Assembly (NCBI RefSeq): GCF_026210795.1
Contig: NC_089432.1
Span: 4,836,001 to 4,900,000, forward strand
Origin: Rhizophagus irregularis
Lineage: Eukaryota
Direction: 5' to 3'
DNA length: 64,000 nt
Position numbers and translations under genes: made by a program. Every line of letters starts with the position of its first letter. Position 1 is the stretch's first letter. The notes beneath the pieces are model-generated. The model was not told the origin of the DNA. It saw only the letters and a program-made list of their open reading frames with translations, and did no database searches. This document shows positions 49,154 to 63,610 of the stretch, piece by piece.

Positions 49154-51412
49154 TTATTGACTTTTTGTAAGTTTTTCTAATTTATTTTGTGCTACTTTAT
49201 CTCCTTGTTTTGCAGCTTTTTCATACCAATAAATTGCTTTATCTATATCATTTGTAATTCCATCTCCATGTTCATACATATTACCAAGATTAAATTGTGA
49301 TGAAATACTTCCTAAATTCGCTGATTTTTGATATAACTCAAATGCTTTTTGTTTATCTTCTTCAGTTCCAATGCCATTATCATAACAATATCCTAATGAA
49401 GTCATTCCACTTGTATATCCTTCTATAGCTGACTGCTCAAATAATTCAAAAGCTTTATTATAATCTTTTTTAACACCATTTTTTCCATCTTTATAACAAT
49501 TACCAAGATAATGCATAGCTATTACATTTCCACTATTTGCAGCTTGTTCATACCAATAAAGGGATTTTTTTATATTTTTATTGATAGCTATTCCATTTTT
49601 ATAAAAATAACCAACATCTAATTGACCATTTGTGAAATTTTTATTAGCAGATTTTTCACAATATTCAAAAGCTAATTTTTCATTTTTTTTAGTTCCATTT
49701 CCATATTTATAACAATTTCCAACAAAATAATGAGCAGATATATGATCTTTTTCTGATGCATTTAAAAATAAATTAAATGCTTTCTCTATATTTTTACTTG
49801 TCTTAATTCCAAAATAATTAAAATAACCAAGTAAAAAAATAGAATTTGAATTATTTTGATTATTTAATAACCAATTATAAATTTCTTGCAAATCGATAGT
49901 ATGATAATTAAAATATTCAATAACTTGGAGTTTTAATAATTGCCAATCAATTCCTTTATTTGCTAACTTAACTAAATAATCATTTACTTCATCAACTATT
50001 ATGTTAAAACCTTTTTCAAATAAAAGTTTCTCTTGTTCTACTGACACTGCTATAGGATCAATTTCTTTTATATTTATTTTATCAAAGTTTCGGATAAATT
50101 GGGATAATTCTCGTGATTCTGAATTATCATATAGTTTTTGATTGCTTGAAAATTGCTGATCTATTGTCACATCAATTTTTGTAACTATCGCTTTCAGCCA
50201 ATCAACTACCTGAAATATGGTTGGACGAACATTTGGCTCATCATCCCAACATTCTAAATAAAAATAATTAAAGGTCTAATTAAAATTATATTCAGATTTA
50301 AACTTATAATTTTACTTACTAGTATAAATTTTTATGTAATCATCTGGCGTATCGGGAATCAAAGCTTCTCTAAGACCTTGTGCAATTTTCAAAGTTAAAT
50401 TAACATCATCTTTAGCATAAAAAGGAGGTCGCCCACTAGTTATTTCCCATAATAATATACCAACGCTGTAAACATCGCTTTTTTCATTTAATGAATACAT
50501 TTGCGTTGTTTGGTTATTATTATTCCTTTGTCTGTCAAAGATTTTTGGATCAATGTAAGGAATCATTTTGGATTGAAAATTAGATGTTTTAATTCTTCTT
50601 GATAATCCAAAATCTGCCAATTTAATCATGTTATGATGAACTAATATATTGTCAGAATGCTGTTAAAAACGAATAAAAATAAATATATTTCGAACGTAAC
50701 ATTATCAGCAATGATTAAACAATAATAAATTTATTACCAGATTACGATGAACAATCCTCTCATTATGCAGGCATGATACAGCGCAAGCTAGCTGGTGCGC
50801 CATAAGATATTTATCATTCCATGTAAGTTTACCGAAGTTATTCATCAAATAGTCTCGAAGACTACCACCGTCTGCATATTCCATTACCAACATATAATTA
50901 ATATTATTATCATGACTTTCTAAAAAAAAAAAAATGATTAAAAATGTATTTTTATTAGTAAAGTTTAATATATAAATTAAAATTTTTACAATACCTGATT
51001 CAAATTTTGTTATTCCATGACAACGCATAATATTATTATAAAGGTCAACTTCACGTTGGATTTTTAACTAAATAAATAAATTCAGATTCGCTTAATAATT
51101 CTTGCACTTCTTTTTAAAATAAATACAATAAACTAATAAAATAAAATAAAAAAAGATTATCGAATATTAAATTACCAAACGAACAAATTCTTTCACAGTG
51201 GTGTTGTCAAGATTAAAAAAAGACTTTAATGCTAAAGGTCTTTCTAAAGTTTTCCAATTCGCACGATACACTTTTCCGAAATTTCCAGCACCAATTTGTT
51301 GAAAGTTATTAAAATGTTTGTACTCATAATATTTTAAATGTTCTTTAACGATAGCCTCTTCAATCCAATCATACGTGTTTTCGATATCTTGCATTTTCTT
51401 ATTATCAGGCAT
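49154..51412 (-). CDS. TKL pseudokinase-Sel1 repeat protein
   Basis: Exons 51412-51176, 51067-50995, 50919-50738, 50659-50320, 50253-49154 splice in frame; GAGNFGKVY, LALK, HRNLHSDN, DFG; about 5 Sel1 repeats. Confidence 0.88.
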
Positions 51413-52656
51413 AATATATAATAATTTGTCTGGAAAAGGTATGAAAAACGGTAGGATTAAACGGTCAAATTGAAGTGAAAATAATAAAATATATATATAT
51501 AGCAGCAATGTACTTGTTGCACAGCGCCGTTAGTATCACCAAACAAAAGGATCATTACTCATTAGACACAGTACCGCAGTAACGGTATATTCCGAAACAT
51601 AATAATAACTAAATTATTAATGTAGAAAATATTATCGATCTTTTTTAAAAAAAAAAAAATCTCGAACCATATACAATTATCTATATTAATTGTTCTTAGT
51701 TTTGGACAAACTAGATCTTACGTACAATATATACTGTATATGTCGATCATTTGTTGGCTGAGTGCGCAGCTGGAGAAAGTTCATATTTATTATTTTAAAT
51801 TATTATAAAATAAAATTTTTTAAATCGGCATTCTATATATTACGTCTTTTTTAAAAAATACAATTAAAATAGAAAATTGAAATTAATTTATACTAGAGAA
51901 CGTTAAATCTGTATTTACTTTACCGAGATTCATACAGTATCAACTAATGCTGCGGACAATAAGTTGTCGATTACTGTGCAATATGCATTCGATTCAAAAA
52001 GTTACTGTATCAATACGTTATACAACATAAACTTTATAGACCTCATGCGGTCAAAGATCATTTAATAACCAAATTATTAAATAATATAATGATCATTAAT
52101 TTTACAGTAAACACTTTTAATAAAATATAAATGTTTAAAGATGTTTAAATAATCACCTAATTCATTAATTTTTGCCAAGTTTTGGAGCTTATCATGTTAA
52201 TTTTATCGCACGGCCTTGTAGGATCATGCTGATTTTATTTGACCGATATTTTCATCAATAGTTAATTATCGTACAATGTTAAATATGTTAAATACCAATA
52301 GTTTATTATATACAATATTGAAATGATAAATATTTCTTTCCAGGTATTTGCAAAGTTCGGTCAAAGTTCCATTATACATCAAATTAACTAAATTAAATCA
52401 CTAATATCATATTCATAAGATAGTAATGTTTATACTTTCTATTAATAGAAAGAATAAGTCTATTAATAAACAAAATAAAGCATGATCTGATATTGTACAT
52501 TAAAAAGGTGTATCATTTTTAATTCACTTTTGTGTAATAATTTCTGTGACTTTTTTCTACTTTTATACCACTGTTCTTTAATAATAATTCATGAATTTTT
52601 TTAATTTTTATTGATATTCTTGCAGATGACGTTGTAAAAGTATCAAATTTCTTGAT

Positions 52657-53170
52657 TTGACTGTATTTAATAGTCGAATTATTTATCCATTATTCAATTT
52701 AATTGAAAATTTAAAACAAAATCTTAATCATCTTTCTATTAATATCTTTGACAGTTATGGTCTTTCAAGTACTATTGAACTTAGTTCAATTATATTACAA
52801 AATTTAGGTCAATTACTTCCTATTAAATTAGAATATTTAAGTTTAACTCTTAGTATTAAATATAAGAATAATTTTGAAATGTTCTTAAAAAATTCTCAGA
52901 ATACTTTTATTAAAAAATTGTTAATCAATAATAGGGGAAGTAAAGATAAGGAAGGTTGTGATAATACTAATGATCTTATATTATCCTATATAAAAGAATA
53001 TATTATGAAAAAGAAAAGAGTCAAATATTTGGCTATTATTACACTACTGATTTGTTTTCATTGAAAGCTGAAGTGAAGGAATTTGAGTTATATAATATTA
53101 AAATTCAAAAATATCGTGATTTAATTATTGATTCTAAATTAAAATTTGTAGAAGAATTGGAAGATTTTTA
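52657..53170 (+). pseudogene. C-terminal fragment of an F-box/LRR-like family gene
   Basis: LQNLGQLLPIKLEYLSL..FLKNSQNTFIKKLLI..KKRVKYLAI, frameshift, LKAEVKEFELYNIKIQKY; no N-terminal part found. Family assignment from recall. Confidence 0.55.
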
Positions 53171-54213
53171 ATATTAGGGTTTTAACATAGAAAATTTTGT
53201 AAATTTTATAAATAAACTTAAATTTTATTCTTTAAATTTTATGGGTGTCCTACTACAAGTAATATGAAATATCATATTTTAAATAATTGATTCTTTGTAA
53301 TAAGGTATTTAACGACTCCAGCACGAACCCACTTCACCAGTCAAAGGAGCAGACAATATTTAGCTTCTGGGATGAAGTGGTCAAAGCCCGGGCAGAGAAT
53401 TACGGAGACACTACTTTAACTGGGATTTCATTGCCTTGGAGATAGAAAATCTCGATAATAAACATCTTTTAACAGATTGAAATTCTTAATCAGACTTTTG
53501 GCAGATCATATACCTAATTATTTACGTCATATTAGAAGTTTAAAAGAAGAAAATTTGTATGAATTTTCTTAAATTTAAAGTACGATTATTAAAATTAAAA
53601 TAAAGAAGAAATTCGCATAAATTTTTAATTAGTTTATTAAATTTTTTTTAGCAACCATGATAATTATCTAAAAAAATTTTGTAATAATTGTAATATTAAT
53701 TTGATTTAAAGAAAATAACCTTTATTTGCAACACCTTTGACTCTAAGAAATTTTGTATTATCTCCATAACTTATAATAATAATAATAAGGAATGAAAGAA
53801 ATTTCTTATCACATGTCACCCACATATTGTTTTAGTATATATTGCTTATGAATTTTCAGAAGTTTATATAAAAATAGTATGCTTTTCAACATTAATTTTT
53901 CAAAGCAACTAATCCTAATAAATAAAGTAAATCCATTCTAACTATTACTCCATGACTGAATAATAATCAAACCAAGTTTAAATTTAATTATAAGTTTTTA
54001 TATAAAATTTAAAAATGATATTTTCATTATATATATAGTTTTTTGTTCTAAGTAGATTTTAAGAGTACACTCTCAATTGATGTTCAATATTTAATTGACA
54101 AGTGTGAGAATTATGTCCAGACTGTTGGCATAGAGTGCATTTTCTCTTTGATCCACCAACTCAAATCAAGAAAGATCAATAAACTGACAATTTAACGTGA
54201 TTCTAATCACATG

Positions 54214-56444
54214 CCCTATAAAAAAATTGGATACGTTTTTTATAAAGTTTTTATACGATTTTTTTTCCTTAGAAATAACGTATCATAATAGGATACGGAA
54301 AAATGCACAATTCCGTATCACTAAAAATATGGTTTGGATACGGAATTTGCACGGGATTTATATGGAATTTACATGATTTGATCACTGATTTTATCACGGA
54401 ATTTATACGATTTGGTCACTGAATTTACTATTTGTATTACAGTTTACTATAATTGTATTTACATAAATCTAATTTTACTTTATTAAATTAAATAAAAAAT
54501 AAAAAATAACAAAGTACAAATACATTATGAAAATTCCCTCCTTATTAAAACCACCTATTGCAACCAAAATTATCTATAAGTTCAGGTTCATTTGGAGTCA
54601 AATAACCTAAAAGAACAAAAAAAAAGATTGGAAACAAAACCCCATATAGTATCTGCAATCGTCCAAGTCACCAAAGGTCAGCATTCCTACAAAAAAAGAA
54701 AGAGAACTCCAGAATGTCTGACCTACATAAAAGAAAAGAATTATGAGGCGTCTATTGAAAAAGAAACCAAAACAACAAAATAAATCCAAAACTGACCTAC
54801 AAAAAAAGAAGACTCTGAAGCAACAAAACTGAAACAACCTACAAAAAGAAAAGAATCTGAACCCAACTTACAAAAAAACAAGAAAATTTGAACTGACCTA
54901 AAAAAAGAAAAAAATCCTGAATCATCCTACAAAAAAAAAGGACTCCCAAACTGATCTACAAAAAAGAAAAAAGAAACTGAATATTCTCACAAAAAAAAAT
55001 CTGCTGGCCTATGAAATTAAATATAAATAAAAAAGAAAGGGGAATAAAGAATAAACCAAAAAAAATATTTTTTTAAAAAGAGGGGTAACGAAGTTAGGAA
55101 AGTTAAAAAAAAATTTTTTTTTAAAGGGAGGACGTCAAAGTTAGAAAAATAAAAATTTTTTTATAAAGAGGAAATAGAAATAGAAAGAAGAAATTTTTTT
55201 TTAAAAAAAAAGAGTGGGAATAAAAGAAAAAATTTTTTTTTAAGGGAGTGACGAAAAAAAATTTTTTTTCAAAGGAGAGTGACAAAAAAAAAATTTTTTT
55301 CAAAGGAGAGTGACGAAAAAAAAATTTTTTTAAAGTGAGGTACGAAAAAAAAAATTCTTTTTAAAGGAGTGACGAAGAAAGAAGAAAAATTTAGAAAAAA
55401 TAACAAAAATAAGACAAAGAGAAAGAGAAAGGAAAGGAAAGACAGAAAGGAAGATCGGAAGATCAAACTCATCAAAGTAAGGGTTTATATAAAAAACAAA
55501 AAACGTATCATAACAAAACAATAAACAATCATGTGATCTCGTGTTATGATACGGATTTTTGTAAAATTATTTTCTAAAAATATTAAGTTTAAAAATTCCG
55601 TATACATTCCGCATGATTAATTTTTTCCGTATACATTTCTTATACATTAGTTTTTTTAAAAAATGTTCAAAAATGAATTGCTTATTAAATATACGGAATT
55701 TGTATACGGAATCTATAGAAACGTACAAAAAATGTATACAAAACGTATCCTTTCCGTATACATATTTCTTATAGGGGGGTATATAGCAAACATGTATTGT
55801 ATGGTTAGCTTTGTATGTATTGTATTATTAAAACTTTTTAATGTATGTAATGTATCAATTATGTATGTATTGTATGATAAATGTGGTAGTTTCATGTATT
55901 ATTTGATTTAAGGATAACTTCTTGCCACACTTTTTATTACCAAATTTAATTATTTACACATTTTTCATGTACTGGCTAAAACAATTCAACGCGTATTATT
56001 ATAATCTTTTCTTTTTATTTAAAAATAAATATTTTTACCCTGTTTATTACTACTTTTTCATTTAAAAAAAATATATAAATATTTTTACGCGTTTTTATTA
56101 CTGCAATCTTCTCTTTCTTTTATTTAAAATATTTCTATTGTGTTTATTACTATGTCTAAAGTAAATCCTGTTATTCTTTACTATATCTGATGACGAAACT
56201 ATATCTGAAAATGAAATTTAATTCCTTGAGTCATCTATGAATATAAGGAACATTTATTTTATTTATAATAAAAAATACTTAAATTTTTTTTTGTAAATTC
56301 TAATATTATGTATGGCGAAAATAAGTATGCCATACATCATTTTTAATATCCATACATGTATGGGCACAATCAAAGCATACATAAGCATACAATACATACA
56401 ACGCTAAGCATACACTACATGTTTTATAATCACCTCTTATAGGG
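54214..56444. mobile_element. CCC-ended TIR element copy 2, with nested insertion at its right end
   Basis: 54214-55776 is near-identical to 4122-5507; 3-bp TSD ATG at 54211-54213 and 56445-56447. Confidence 0.88.
55777..56435. mobile_element. MULE-like MITE with 9-bp TSD
   Basis: ~50-bp imperfect TIR (AAACATGTA.TGTATG.TTAGC.TTGTATGTATTGTAT); TSD CTTATAGGG at 55768-55776 and 56436-56444. Confidence 0.85.
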
Positions 56445-57349
56445 ATGGTTTACTACAGAGTACGAATAACAGCCGCCAAGTAATTCTTAATATTGTTTGT
56501 TACGTGCAGCTAGCTATGAGATCAATTCCTTAAAAAATGCGACCAACTATTTTAATCACGATAGAGAGTATTGCTGATTATTTCAAAATTCTCCATTTGA
56601 TTCATTTGATTCGAACTTTATTAATAAATAATTTGCAAATAATTAATAATAATTACATAATACAATAATTTTAATTTAACTGTTAATGTATTCTTTTATT
56701 ATTAATAATAAAAAAAAATAGGTAGAAATTTATTAATTAATTAATATTAAGCAATTTGATCACTTCAAATTCTCTATTGATCGAGCTTAAAAAAAAATTT
56801 ATTTTTAAAATAGAAATAATTTATTGACAATAAAATAAACGCATACCACCAGAATTTTTACCATTCAGATTTAGACACCATTCACCATCCAAAGGGGTAC
56901 AAAATGGTATTGATGACGAGTCAAACATCAAAGAGAATTCAGGTTCATCCTGGGTGATGATGTTGGAACGGTAGTTCTTGCTAGGTAATGTTGCGGGAAG
57001 CGACCTTACTATCACTATTACACTGTTTCATTTGCTTTTACAAGAAGATTGCTTGTTGTCATTAGATTTCTGTCGTGTCATGATATAGTGGAGTTTTTCC
57101 CATTTTTTTAGGGATGTGTCATCCCACAATTTTTGTCATTTCCGTATGGAGTGAAGATAAGAAATCAATAGTAATGAAACGGAGATTCGAATATTTTTTA
57201 GTATAACTGTAAATAATGTTAGAAAGTTCTTTGGGCACAAGTTTGATGGAAGATTAAGTAGATCAGATGGCTTTCATACCGAAGATCTTATATTTCATTC
57301 TTCTCCCTTTCTAATATTTTCAGCTCGATTAGAAATATTATTAGAAGTA

Positions 57350-57590
57350 GCAGTTAAACATGATCATGGATACATACATCGCGATTTTCATATGGGAAAC
57401 GTTTTATAAGAATTTTTCAGAATCTTTTTGAAAGATTCAAATTATAGTGTTATACTAAAATATGATATATTATTATTACGTAATGAATTTTTCGATATTA
57501 AAGGAACTCCAAAATCTTATTTGATTTAATGATAAAATGTTGAGATAATTCGCCTACTAATGAAATTATTAATATTATTGAAAATTGAAG
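57350..57590 (+). pseudogene. TKL kinase relic
   Basis: HDHGYIHRDFHMGNVL ... IKGTPKSY / LMIKC*. Confidence 0.6.
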
Positions 57591-58159
57591 CATTCTATGG
57601 AATTTAAATGTTGAAGCATTTTATTATAGCTAAAAGCCTTTATATATATAAATTTTGAAGTTATCTTAATTTGGGTAGGCTAAAAGCCATGTTCGGTCTA
57701 TGGGAGTATGACAAATAAATTTAATTATTTTTCTAGTGAAGATTAAAATAAAAATATATATTTTATAATTTGTTAAATAAAATTTATTATATCAAATAAA
57801 GTAATATACAATACATTTGTTTTAGTGATGTTTGTCGTAAATAATAAAACATTGGATGTTAGATTTAACTAATAAACTTGTTATATTCTAGTTAAAAATT
57901 TGAATAAACGTTTTACATAATATTATATTACTGTAGTTACTAACATTTTATGAAGTATTCTACACCATACAAATTTTTTTTTTATATTTTCCCAGGAGTA
58001 AGTAGTAAATTTCCAACATGTATCAATTTTAATTTTTTTCAATATAAAAATTTCTGAAACGAAAGATTTCTTTTACAGATAAAATGGTTCGATTTTAAAA
58101 AATTTTCAAAGTATACTATTGAATAAAACAAAAATTGTAATATTAAGAAAAGTAAATAA

Positions 58160-61100
58160 TTATAAGCTGTCAAGGATATCTTTTAAATCAAGTAAATTTT
58201 CCATTTCTTTTCTTGAAAAATACTTGTCTTTGAAAGTTACTGGAACATTTGAGAAAAATTTACAATAAACTGGTGACAAATAACCCATTAAACTTATGTC
58301 GGTAAAGTGAGTTATTGTGTATGGATTATATCCTAATCGAATATATTCTATTTGCTATGTGAATAAAAAAATATTATTATATTTTGTTCTGAAAGGAAAT
58401 TAATAATCTGAATAAGTAAATAGGAACATACCATTTCAATAGAATTTATTTCAATTGAAAGTTGAGCATAACGTAGGTAAAGTATTGAAGTCCGATATTC
58501 TATCCAACCTAACCCCTCAAGTTTTGATACATCTTTATGTTTTAATATATAATTTTCTCGATAATCCTATAATTAAGTTAATATTAATTTAAAATTAAAT
58601 AAAATAACAGGGATTTTAATTAATTAACTTACGTCATTGAATATAAATTTTATAAAGCAATCCTTGGATAATATTTTTTTAACATTCATTTTACAAATGA
58701 GATAATCACCATGATAAATTTTTTGTTTAGGCAAAACCAAATGAAGATTTTCATTTTTAGAAGACATTACCAGCCCTGATAAACTTTAATTTTAAAATTA
58801 TGATTAATTTGTATATAAGACAATTTGACTTAAAGTATTATTATGAGTAGACTTTACCTGCTTATATCACTTTCTTGAAATTGACAAAGTTCGCTATTCA
58901 AATTTGTAAGATTTGAAACAAAATATACTTTTCTTTCTAATGAGTTTAAGATATTAATTATCATTATCTTAACTAGAAGATAATAAATATTTTGAATATT
59001 TTCTTACCTTGATACATATATTTACTAAAATCATCGACAATTCCAAATCTGGTAAAATCATTTTTGTTAATTTCACAAACTTCATATAAATATGAACAAA
59101 AATCTGGATGATCTTGTATAAAATAACTAATAGATTCAAATTCATAGTCTGATATATCATTTAAAGCTAGTCTTGCTTTACTATACTCTTTTAATTCAAT
59201 ATAAATTTTGTACTTAATAAAATATAGTAATTTATATAATTTATCTCCAACAAAAAGATTATAATCTTTAAAATCAAGAATTTGATCGATTTTTGTTAAT
59301 ATATCGTTTAAATCTTTAGAACTATTTTTATTTAGTAAGTATTCTAGATGAAATAACTGAATCTTTGCTAAAATATTATCAGAATTCAATAATTCTGCAT
59401 ACTTTTTAAATGATACTTTAGCATTGTTATTATCATTCTTTGTATAATACGTTAAACATTTAAGAAAATATGCTGAACTATTTAATGGATCTAATTGTAT
59501 AATTTTATCAAGATCTGATAATACTTTATCATATTCCTTAATAATATAGTATGTAATAGCTCGCCTATTCAAGTTATGAATGTTTTCTGGATCTATAGTA
59601 TAAGCTTTTGTAAAGTATGATATAGCTTTTCTATATTCTGTCATATTATATAAAATTTCTCCATAATAACATAAAACCAAAGAATCCTCCTCATTGATAT
59701 TTAATAATTTATCTAATAAATTTAATGTACTTAAATAATCTCCTTCTTTTTCATAACTGTATGCACAATTTTTAAGGCATAAATAATTATTTGGATCATT
59801 TTTTAATGCAATATTATAATTTTCTATAGCAACTGTATAATCATCATAATTATAACGATCACGTTTCTTACGTAATAAGTAACTATTTCCGAATAATATA
59901 TATGAGTTATTTATTTTTGCTTTATAATTTATTGACTTTTTTAAATTATATATTACTTCATCATAATCATTTTGTCTAAAAAATATTTCTCCACAAATAA
60001 AATAAGCAACTGGTCTTTTGGGATTTAAATCAATAGCTTCTTTTAAAAATAAGTGAGCTTGTTCGTATTTGTTAAGACATCTATAAATATACGCTAAAAT
60101 ACATCTTAAAGAATAACTTTTAGGAAAAAAATTTATAAACTCTTTGCATAAAGATTCAGCTTTTTCATAATTTTTTTCATTTATTTCTTTTATAATATTT
60201 TGGTATGTTGGATGTTGTTTTTTTGTAGTTCTTGAAAATATTGGAGATGATATTTTTGAATTTAATTTAATAATTGAATTCATAAATTTCTTTTTTTTAG
60301 TTAATATGAGTTCAACTTCCGAATTATCTGATTCATCACTGTCATATAATTGATCAGAATTTTCTAATTCAATTGAAGGTAAAATATGTCCAGATTCAAA
60401 AAATTTTGCATATAAATTTTTATAAATTGAATTTTGTGATAAATATCTAATATCATTATCTTCAATTTTTTCTCGACAATTAGGACATATTTTTTGCTTC
60501 AATTTTTTTAAATTGCTTAATGCTAACATATGTTGGCATTTTAAAATACATAATTGATCCATTGGTTCACTACTAATTGGACAAGTAATTTCATCTGCTA
60601 TAACATTTAAAATGTTAGAATTTGATATTTGTTCTTTCTTAAAATATAAATTTTGATTTAAGTTTTTTCCTTTTCCCTCTTTTCCTTTTCCAGTATTATT
60701 ACTTAGAATTTTTAAATCTTCAAGGTATTTCCCCTTAACAAAAGTTAATAAATTTTGAAATTTTTCTAAAGAATCTTCCAAATTATTTTCACTTAATTTT
60801 TGCGTGTATTGATCAAAATCAATTTCGATCATTGAAAACATTTTATTATCAATATCATATAAATTTAATAATAATTCAATAGATTTAAATTGAATAAAAC
60901 TGCTTTGTGCTTTATTAAGTGATTCAATTGCTAAATAATAACAAAGACCATATGTTGCTGTTCGAGATGATCTTTGGATAAGATTTTGTGCAAGATCTAA
61001 TATTCCAAACCACAGAGTATCTGGTAATGCTATAGGTTCATTTCCAGCAAGTTCATTTAAAAAGCCTCCAGTATTTTTCAAAGCTTTAACGACTTTATTT

Positions 61101-62178
61101 GATACTTCATCAAATTTTGTTTGAGAATCTAAAATAGATTTGTCCACAGAATTAACCCATTCTCTTTCCAAAAAGCTCCAAATATATTCCATTATTACTA
61201 ATTCTCCAAATTTTTTACTTATAATCTTTTCACTTTCAGACCAAATGAAAAGATTATGTTGAATTATTAACATAATTCTCCAATCTACATAATAAGATGC
61301 TACTGGATATTTAAAACTTAAACTCTGACGTACTTGATTAAGTAATGATAAGATTGAACAATTATCATTTGGAAGAGAAACTCCTGTTATTGATAAAATT
61401 CCTGGTGTAATATTTAATGCAGCTTTAAGAAAATCTTTAGTCCTTCGTATAATTTCTTGAAACCAAGTTTCATCATCACGTAGACTATGAAGAGTATCTC
61501 GCAAATGGATTAATAAAAAATCAATATTATAATTACGTTTTTTAATAATTTGTTCATCTTGATTATTGTTTTGTTGATTGAATTGATTGAAATTTGGTCT
61601 AAAATTATTATCAAGTCCTATTTCGATAACTTGAGTTGTTTTACGGTGAATTTCTGCAAAATTTGCTAAAGAATTATAAACTTTATCTCGAAGTACTTTA
61701 CTAAGTACTATTGGTGAAAAACAAATTCTTTCTAAGACTGTAACCCAAGTCCTTAAATGTAATTCTAGTCTAGCCATGCTTTCTTTTGAATAATAATTAA
61801 AAGATGTGGAATCAATTAGAGTTTCTAATGAATTTATTAATGATTGAGATGAAAATTCATTTTGTAAATTTTCAAAAAGTAATTTAAGTGCATACAAATA
61901 ACTTGGTTTAGTTAGATTTTTTAAAAGTTCTTCTACTTTATCATCTGGCATAGTGAATCCATCCTCTTCTAATTTGAGAAGGATATGATTATTGAGAATA
62001 TTTTTATACAAAATCGTTTTATATGAAATAGGGTCATTATTTTCTAAGCTACCAGAAGCAGTATTAATAGAAGAATTTCCACTCTATTATTATATAAAGT
62101 TAGTTTTAATGATATGCAATTAATTAAATTTTAATATTGTTTAAAATAATAATTTACCTGACTTGAACTTCCTTCCAT
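58160..62178 (-). CDS. Large helical domain + RING/U-box + TPR repeats + C-terminal domain, multi-exon
   Basis: Exon 1 62178-62158, exon 2 62083-59008, four further exons ending FSRKEMENLLDLKDILDSL* at 58160. CPISSEPMDQLCILKCQH..CPNCR; TPRs such as YEQAHLFLKEAIDLNP, AIENYNIALKNDPNN, LSDLDKIIQLDPLN. Confidence 0.87.
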
Positions 62179-62214
62179 ATTTTTTTATTACAAAAAGAAG
62201 CAAGAAAAAATTTT

Positions 62215-62386
62215 ATTATACTGACCGAATTAAGTAAAATTATAATTACAATCAAGATCTGCATAAACATAATCTAAACAGTACCATATTTTTTATTACA
62301 AGAAAAAAATTCATTACACCGACCAAATTAAGTAAATTATCAAAATATAGTACCATCAAGATCTGCATAAACATAACCTAAACAGT
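62215..62386. repeat. Direct duplication just upstream of the TPR gene
   Basis: GACC.AATTAAGTAAA..ATCAAGATCTGCATAAACATAA.CTAAACAGTA occurs twice. Confidence 0.75.
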
Positions 62387-62434
62387 AATGATTATGTATT
62401 TGTGTGATTTAAACTAAAACGCACCCCTTTTTTG

Positions 62435-62830
62435 TGTGCCAGGTTCGTGGCGCAGAAAATTTTTAAAAAAAACATCATTAAGGATTTTTTCTTTGACATA
62501 AAGTTTTTAAACTTACATTGTAGATGTAATTTCACTTGCTTTGCAAGTATTCGGGAGAAGGTTATGAATGCCGATTTTGACTTTACATATAAATGATTGA
62601 TTCTATCGTCTTTGTCGATCATTTCCAAAAATGGATTTCGTGAAAGAAAAACTTTTGTTAAATAAGTCAATAATGATATTTAAAATCACCTTTGTCGCTC
62701 CAAGTAAATTTGGAGAGCAGCCAAAATTACAACTATCTAGTAATTTTTGAAGTTATATGTTATCTGTTTTTAAAAAAATTATGATTTTCGTTGCGCCACA
62801 ATCTGCTGGCTGTGCCACGAACCTGGCACA
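62435..62830. mobile_element. MITE-like segment bounded by GC-rich inverted repeats
   Basis: TGTGCCAGGTTCGTGGCGCAG (62435-62455) and CTGTGCCACGAACCTGGCACA (62810-62830), 20/21 match; no clear TSD. Confidence 0.55.
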
Positions 62831-63610
62831 AAAACTATTTATGATGTCATAGATTAGTAATGTTTATTACACCAAATTTTGGCTTTATTTAAACGCAACT
62901 AACGGATTTTGAGTGTGGAAAAGTTATTGGTTTTTACGAAGCTGGTGACTCTGTACAAAGTCACTACGAACCATTTCAGAAGAAACAGGCTATGGTAAAA
63001 CTACTATACATAATATAATAACAAAATATCATATCGGCGGATTTTTCGTTGCCCAAAATTGTGTTTGTAATACCAAAAATCACCTGATAGACTATCATTT
63101 GACTAAATAATAAGTTGAATGAAATAACTAATACATGTCACGATACAGAATTACAGATATGGGCAAACAAATAGTCCATGAAAAACAGTTGGTCATTTCA
63201 ATCCATCGGGATATTATCTTACGACATCAAAAAATACATCATCACTTCGGAAAAAGAAAAGATAACCAAAATATTCCACCCATTTTTTACGATTCTAGTT
63301 ACATTACTTTTGTTTTTTGTAATAACATACACACAGAAATAAAGTAATAAAAAATTATTAAGCTCCCATTAGCTATCTTCAGTAAACAAAGAAGATTACT
63401 AGTTCTAATCATAATATATAATTGAATAATTTTATTTATAAAATAATTTATTGATAAGCTATAATATAAAAAATAAAAATAAAAAATAAATTATTTAAAT
63501 TACAAACTAAGAAATATTTAATTTTACTACTCTAGTCCTAGTGTTTAAATAATTTATATAAAAATACTTTGTGTAATAATAATATTACGTAGCAGATAAC
63601 GTTATCATGA

